Of a DNA stretch of 64,000 nucleotides, positions 60,791 to 64,000 are shown piece after piece; positions within the stretch are counted from its first letter, which is position 1, and every line of letters begins with the position of its first letter. The translations under genes were made by a program, and so were the position numbers. This stretch comes from Bispira polyomma (Eukaryota), in contig OZ287752.1 of assembly GCA_965649765.1 (NCBI GenBank), forward strand, positions 87,482,001 to 87,546,000, given 5' to 3'. The notes beneath the pieces are model-generated. The model saw nothing but the letters and a program-made list of their open reading frames with translations, was not told the origin of the DNA and did not search any database.

Positions 60791-61269
60791 GTGAGTACAA
60801 GTAGTGTGTGTATGTGTGTGTGTGAGGTGTTGGTAGAGTTTGGTGGGTGATAATAAGGAACGCCTTAGGGGAATTGAAACTCTAACAGTAAAACTGCCCA
60901 TTACGATATAAAACTCAATTGCTCTAAGTGATCCGAAACTCAAAATGAGCCTAAAACCTTTGTGATTTTGATTGGTTACTATAGTATATGTAAATTTTGC
61001 AGCTTTGGCAAAGAATATTTGTTTATGCAACTATGAATGAATATTCCTTTTATAATATTCATTAACAGCTATGAACTGCATATGCCTTAAGCCCATTGCA
61101 CACTGAAACCGGCGCGACGCAATGCGACACTGCCCTTGCGGACGCGACACTGCAGCAAATATACATTGCTTGCACACCAAAAGCGACAGTACACAGCAGT
61201 AATCAACACAGTCTTAGAATACTCACACATACCCACATATATTGCATCTAAGATTAATTATCCTTTCAG

Positions 61270-61326
61270 GTTTAGATCATTGTTTTGACCAACATACACA
61301 TATACTTCTAAGCAGTTTAAGATCAG
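61270..61326 (+). CDS. Second coding exon (57 nt, symmetric phase 1) of the same gene
   Basis: Acceptor tcctttcag|G and donor CAG|gtaagt. In-frame (G)LDHCFDQHTHILLSSLRS without stops. Confidence 0.7.
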
Positions 61327-62839
61327 GTAAGTAATGCAATTAACAATTCAAATATTCAAACCCTCCCTCTAGAAATCGCAATTAACAATTATGGAGTGTC
61401 AGTTGGGTAGGTAAAGCAATTGTCACTAATTGAAATTCCGTATGTCAGAGCAATTGAGGGATGCGTGTTATATTAATAAAAGTGAGATAGGCAATTCAAA
61501 ATTCAAACCCACCCTCTAGAAATCACATCATAAATTATAATTCATATAGGCGGCTGATTATGGGCTTTAGTATAAAGTATTCTATAAGTATTGGTAATTA
61601 GGTTTCCTGTGAGTGTTTACATATTTAAACTGTTTTAAATAGCATAATAGAAATGGTGAGTTTCAAGCAAGCAAAGTCCATCAATTACAAATTCCAAAGA
61701 AATCTATTTCTGAGGAAATTGTAGATTTTGAACGACAAATTGTGCAACAAAAGAGTTGTTTGATTATTAAGAATAGAGCTTAAAAGTCTCCATGCAGATG
61801 CAGTTAAAACTCATTAACATCAAATATTTGAGTTATTAATTGATTTTATTATAGTGATATGTATAAATTACAATATTATAATACAAAACAAATTTACATA
61901 TTACAATAAATACCCATCCCCCTATTGGGCTGAGGAGTCACTTGAAATTTTCTTTTTAACATAATATAGGTGCGAATGATTAAAGTTTACGTTTAAAGTT
62001 ACATTCAAAGTTACATTCAAAGTTATAGCGCATTCAAAACAAAAACAGGTGATGCTTCATAAATAATAATTCAATATTACATTCAATATGTAATTCTATT
62101 ACATATATAGCACACAAATGTAACAGAAATAAGTACGAATTGCTAAAGCATTCCACGAGGTACACAACCATTTTGTGCCCATATGACGGTCCGGAAGAAA
62201 CGTTAAGAACTGCAAGCAGTAAACTAGAGTTATTATATGTTAGAGAGTCTGGTTCAACACAATTCACATTTGATGAGATGCAGCATATGCTGGAATATAT
62301 GTGTACATCGTAATATCTTGTATACTCAATTTGTCTTTATGTTATAATGTTCTGTAAACTTAATTTGTAATATATCTATTTATTTCTTTTTCTGAATTGT
62401 ATTTATATGTTTATATGTAAACTTGTGTACTATGAGTATGTTAATAAACAAATAATAATAATAATAACTTTGTAAATTCAATTATTACTGTTGAGTTATT
62501 AGACGTTTTAGTTTATTTTTGATACTTTCAACATACTTAGCAAGGTGTTTTACTTCATTAATTTAAAAAAAAGCATAAAATGAGCTCCATACGTATTACC
62601 TAGTTTCTGAGCATACATTAACATATTCCATTGCATTCCGTCATTGTATCTGTATTATGTTCACACAGGCAGAGTGACATGGTCGTTTAGATGTGTTGCT
62701 AAATGACTTGTGTTTTTATGTCTGTGTTCACACACATATCTATGACGTCACCTATTCCACTAGATCCGCTACATCCTACAGAAATCCTGTTGCTCAAACA
62801 TGGATCTGTTGTTTGTGGTACTCCCAGACACCCAATCAA

Positions 62840-63275
62840 ACATCTAATCTTATCTAACCTAACTTTTATAGCGCTTAATCTCTCCTTCTTAGGGGATTCT
62901 AAGGCGCAGGACAGTATCCTTATTCAATTTGCATTTCCGTTAGACAATCATGGGTCAGCATCATGGAGATGCCGGGTAAATTTAGGGCTATGGTGGAAAA
63001 GCCTTGTCGAATAAGTAGGTTTTAAGTCTTTTTCTAAATGATGTGAGTGAGGCTGCACAACGAATTTCGGCAGGTAATTCATTCCAAAGTGTTGGAGCAT
63101 CATGGGCAAAGCTATTGTTTTGACGTTTTGATTTGTGTACTGATGAGATAAATCTTGGAACGGTCAGGTAACTTTTTTCCGGTCTGCTCCTTCTGGTATT
63201 ATGACTGCATGTGTAAAGTGTGAGGTATAGATTCCAGTATGCTGGAAGGCCATAATTTAAGAATTTGTATACATC
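62840..63275 (-). mobile_element. 5'-truncated L2/CR1-group LINE with 3' UTR and tail
   Basis: Minus-strand NSFAHDAPTLWNELPAEIRCAASLTSFRKRLKTYLFDKAFPP*, then ...AAGCGCTATAAAAG and a (TTAGR)n-like tail. Confidence 0.8.
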
Positions 63276-63821
63276 AATAATGGGCCAGGACTGATAGTGC
63301 CATCCTTAAGTCTAATAACCAACAAATCGCAAGCTTGAGGACTTGATTTCTGTTATAAAGAGAGGCGCTTAATTATTGCAGTCATAGACCATTATCCCAG
63401 ATAAACTACAGCCATGAATTGCACTTCCTTATTTTAGCCGTAGACCATTCTCCGAGATAAACTACACATATAAATTGCACACTAATGCTTTTGCATTCGA
63501 TGCGCACCTCCAGTCTTTATAACAACTATTATTTGTTTACTTTCCTACTTTCTACTCTGACTTATTTTTGACTTTCCTATTGTTTTATACTGAAGAACCT
63601 CTTCTACTTTACAAACCTTCTATTATCCAGCAAGATTGTGTGCAAAGTTGTGTGACTTGAGAAGTGAAAAACTAGTCTCCCAATAACATGACATCTGAGG
63701 ATATTATTATTGTTAACCAACATCGACTACAAGTGACATTTGACAAGTGGTGGAGAATAAAAAGGGGCTGACCATTAACCGATAGATTGACTGACCACCT
63801 CAAAACACTGAACACCTTCAT

Positions 63822-64000
63822 GTAGTGACCACCTCTGTATAGTGAGCACCTCCCTGTAGTGACCACCTCTGTATAGTGAACACTTCCCTGTAGTGACTAC
63901 CTCTGTATAGTGAACACTTCCCTGTAGTGACCACCTCTGTATAGTGAACACTTCCCTGTAGTGACCACCTCTATAGAGTGAACACTTCTCTGTAATGACC
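63822..64000. repeat. 34-bp (2 x 17) tandem repeat running off the window
   Basis: GTAGTGACCACCTCTGTATAGTGAACACTTCCCT, at least 5 copies. Confidence 0.9.

Overview
AT-rich animal genomic DNA, probably a marine invertebrate such as a mollusc (inferred from the repeat landscape and the Rh peptide). Most of the window is repeats and most ORFs in the track are artefacts of tandem repeats. Two host genes face outwards and are only visible by reading splice sites. (1) The 5' end of an Rh-family (Rh50/Rhp) ammonium transporter gene lies on the minus strand: coding exons 776-694 and 96-1, with a candidate non-coding first exon and promoter near 14.45-14.63 kb. (2) An unidentified gene on the plus strand has an E2F/NRF-1/CCAAT/GC-box/CHR-like promoter at about 59.65-59.83 kb and coding exons 60391-60790 and 61270-61326; the first exon is unusually dense in TGACGTCA palindromes. 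Mobile DNA includes a structurally complete Gmr1-like Ty3/gypsy provirus (2789-9262: ~2% diverged LTRs, AAAG TSD, tRNA-Pro PBS, SCAN-like gag, inverted PR-IN-RT-RH order, three in-frame nonsense codons and an RT deletion). A second, older canonical-order gypsy element on the minus strand (~21005-27968) has a tRNA-His-like PBS and a decayed extra ORF in the env position. There is also a dead Tc1 fragment, Tx1 and L2/CR1 fragments, several tRNA-derived SINE families, PIF/Harbinger- and Kolobok-like MITEs (one nested), about a dozen minisatellite/satellite arrays (some with higher-order structure) and a 128-N gap. I cannot demonstrate a wholly new system. The best leads are the env-position ORF of the second gypsy element, the CRE-packed exon and the Gmr1 provirus inside the probable first intron of the Rh gene.
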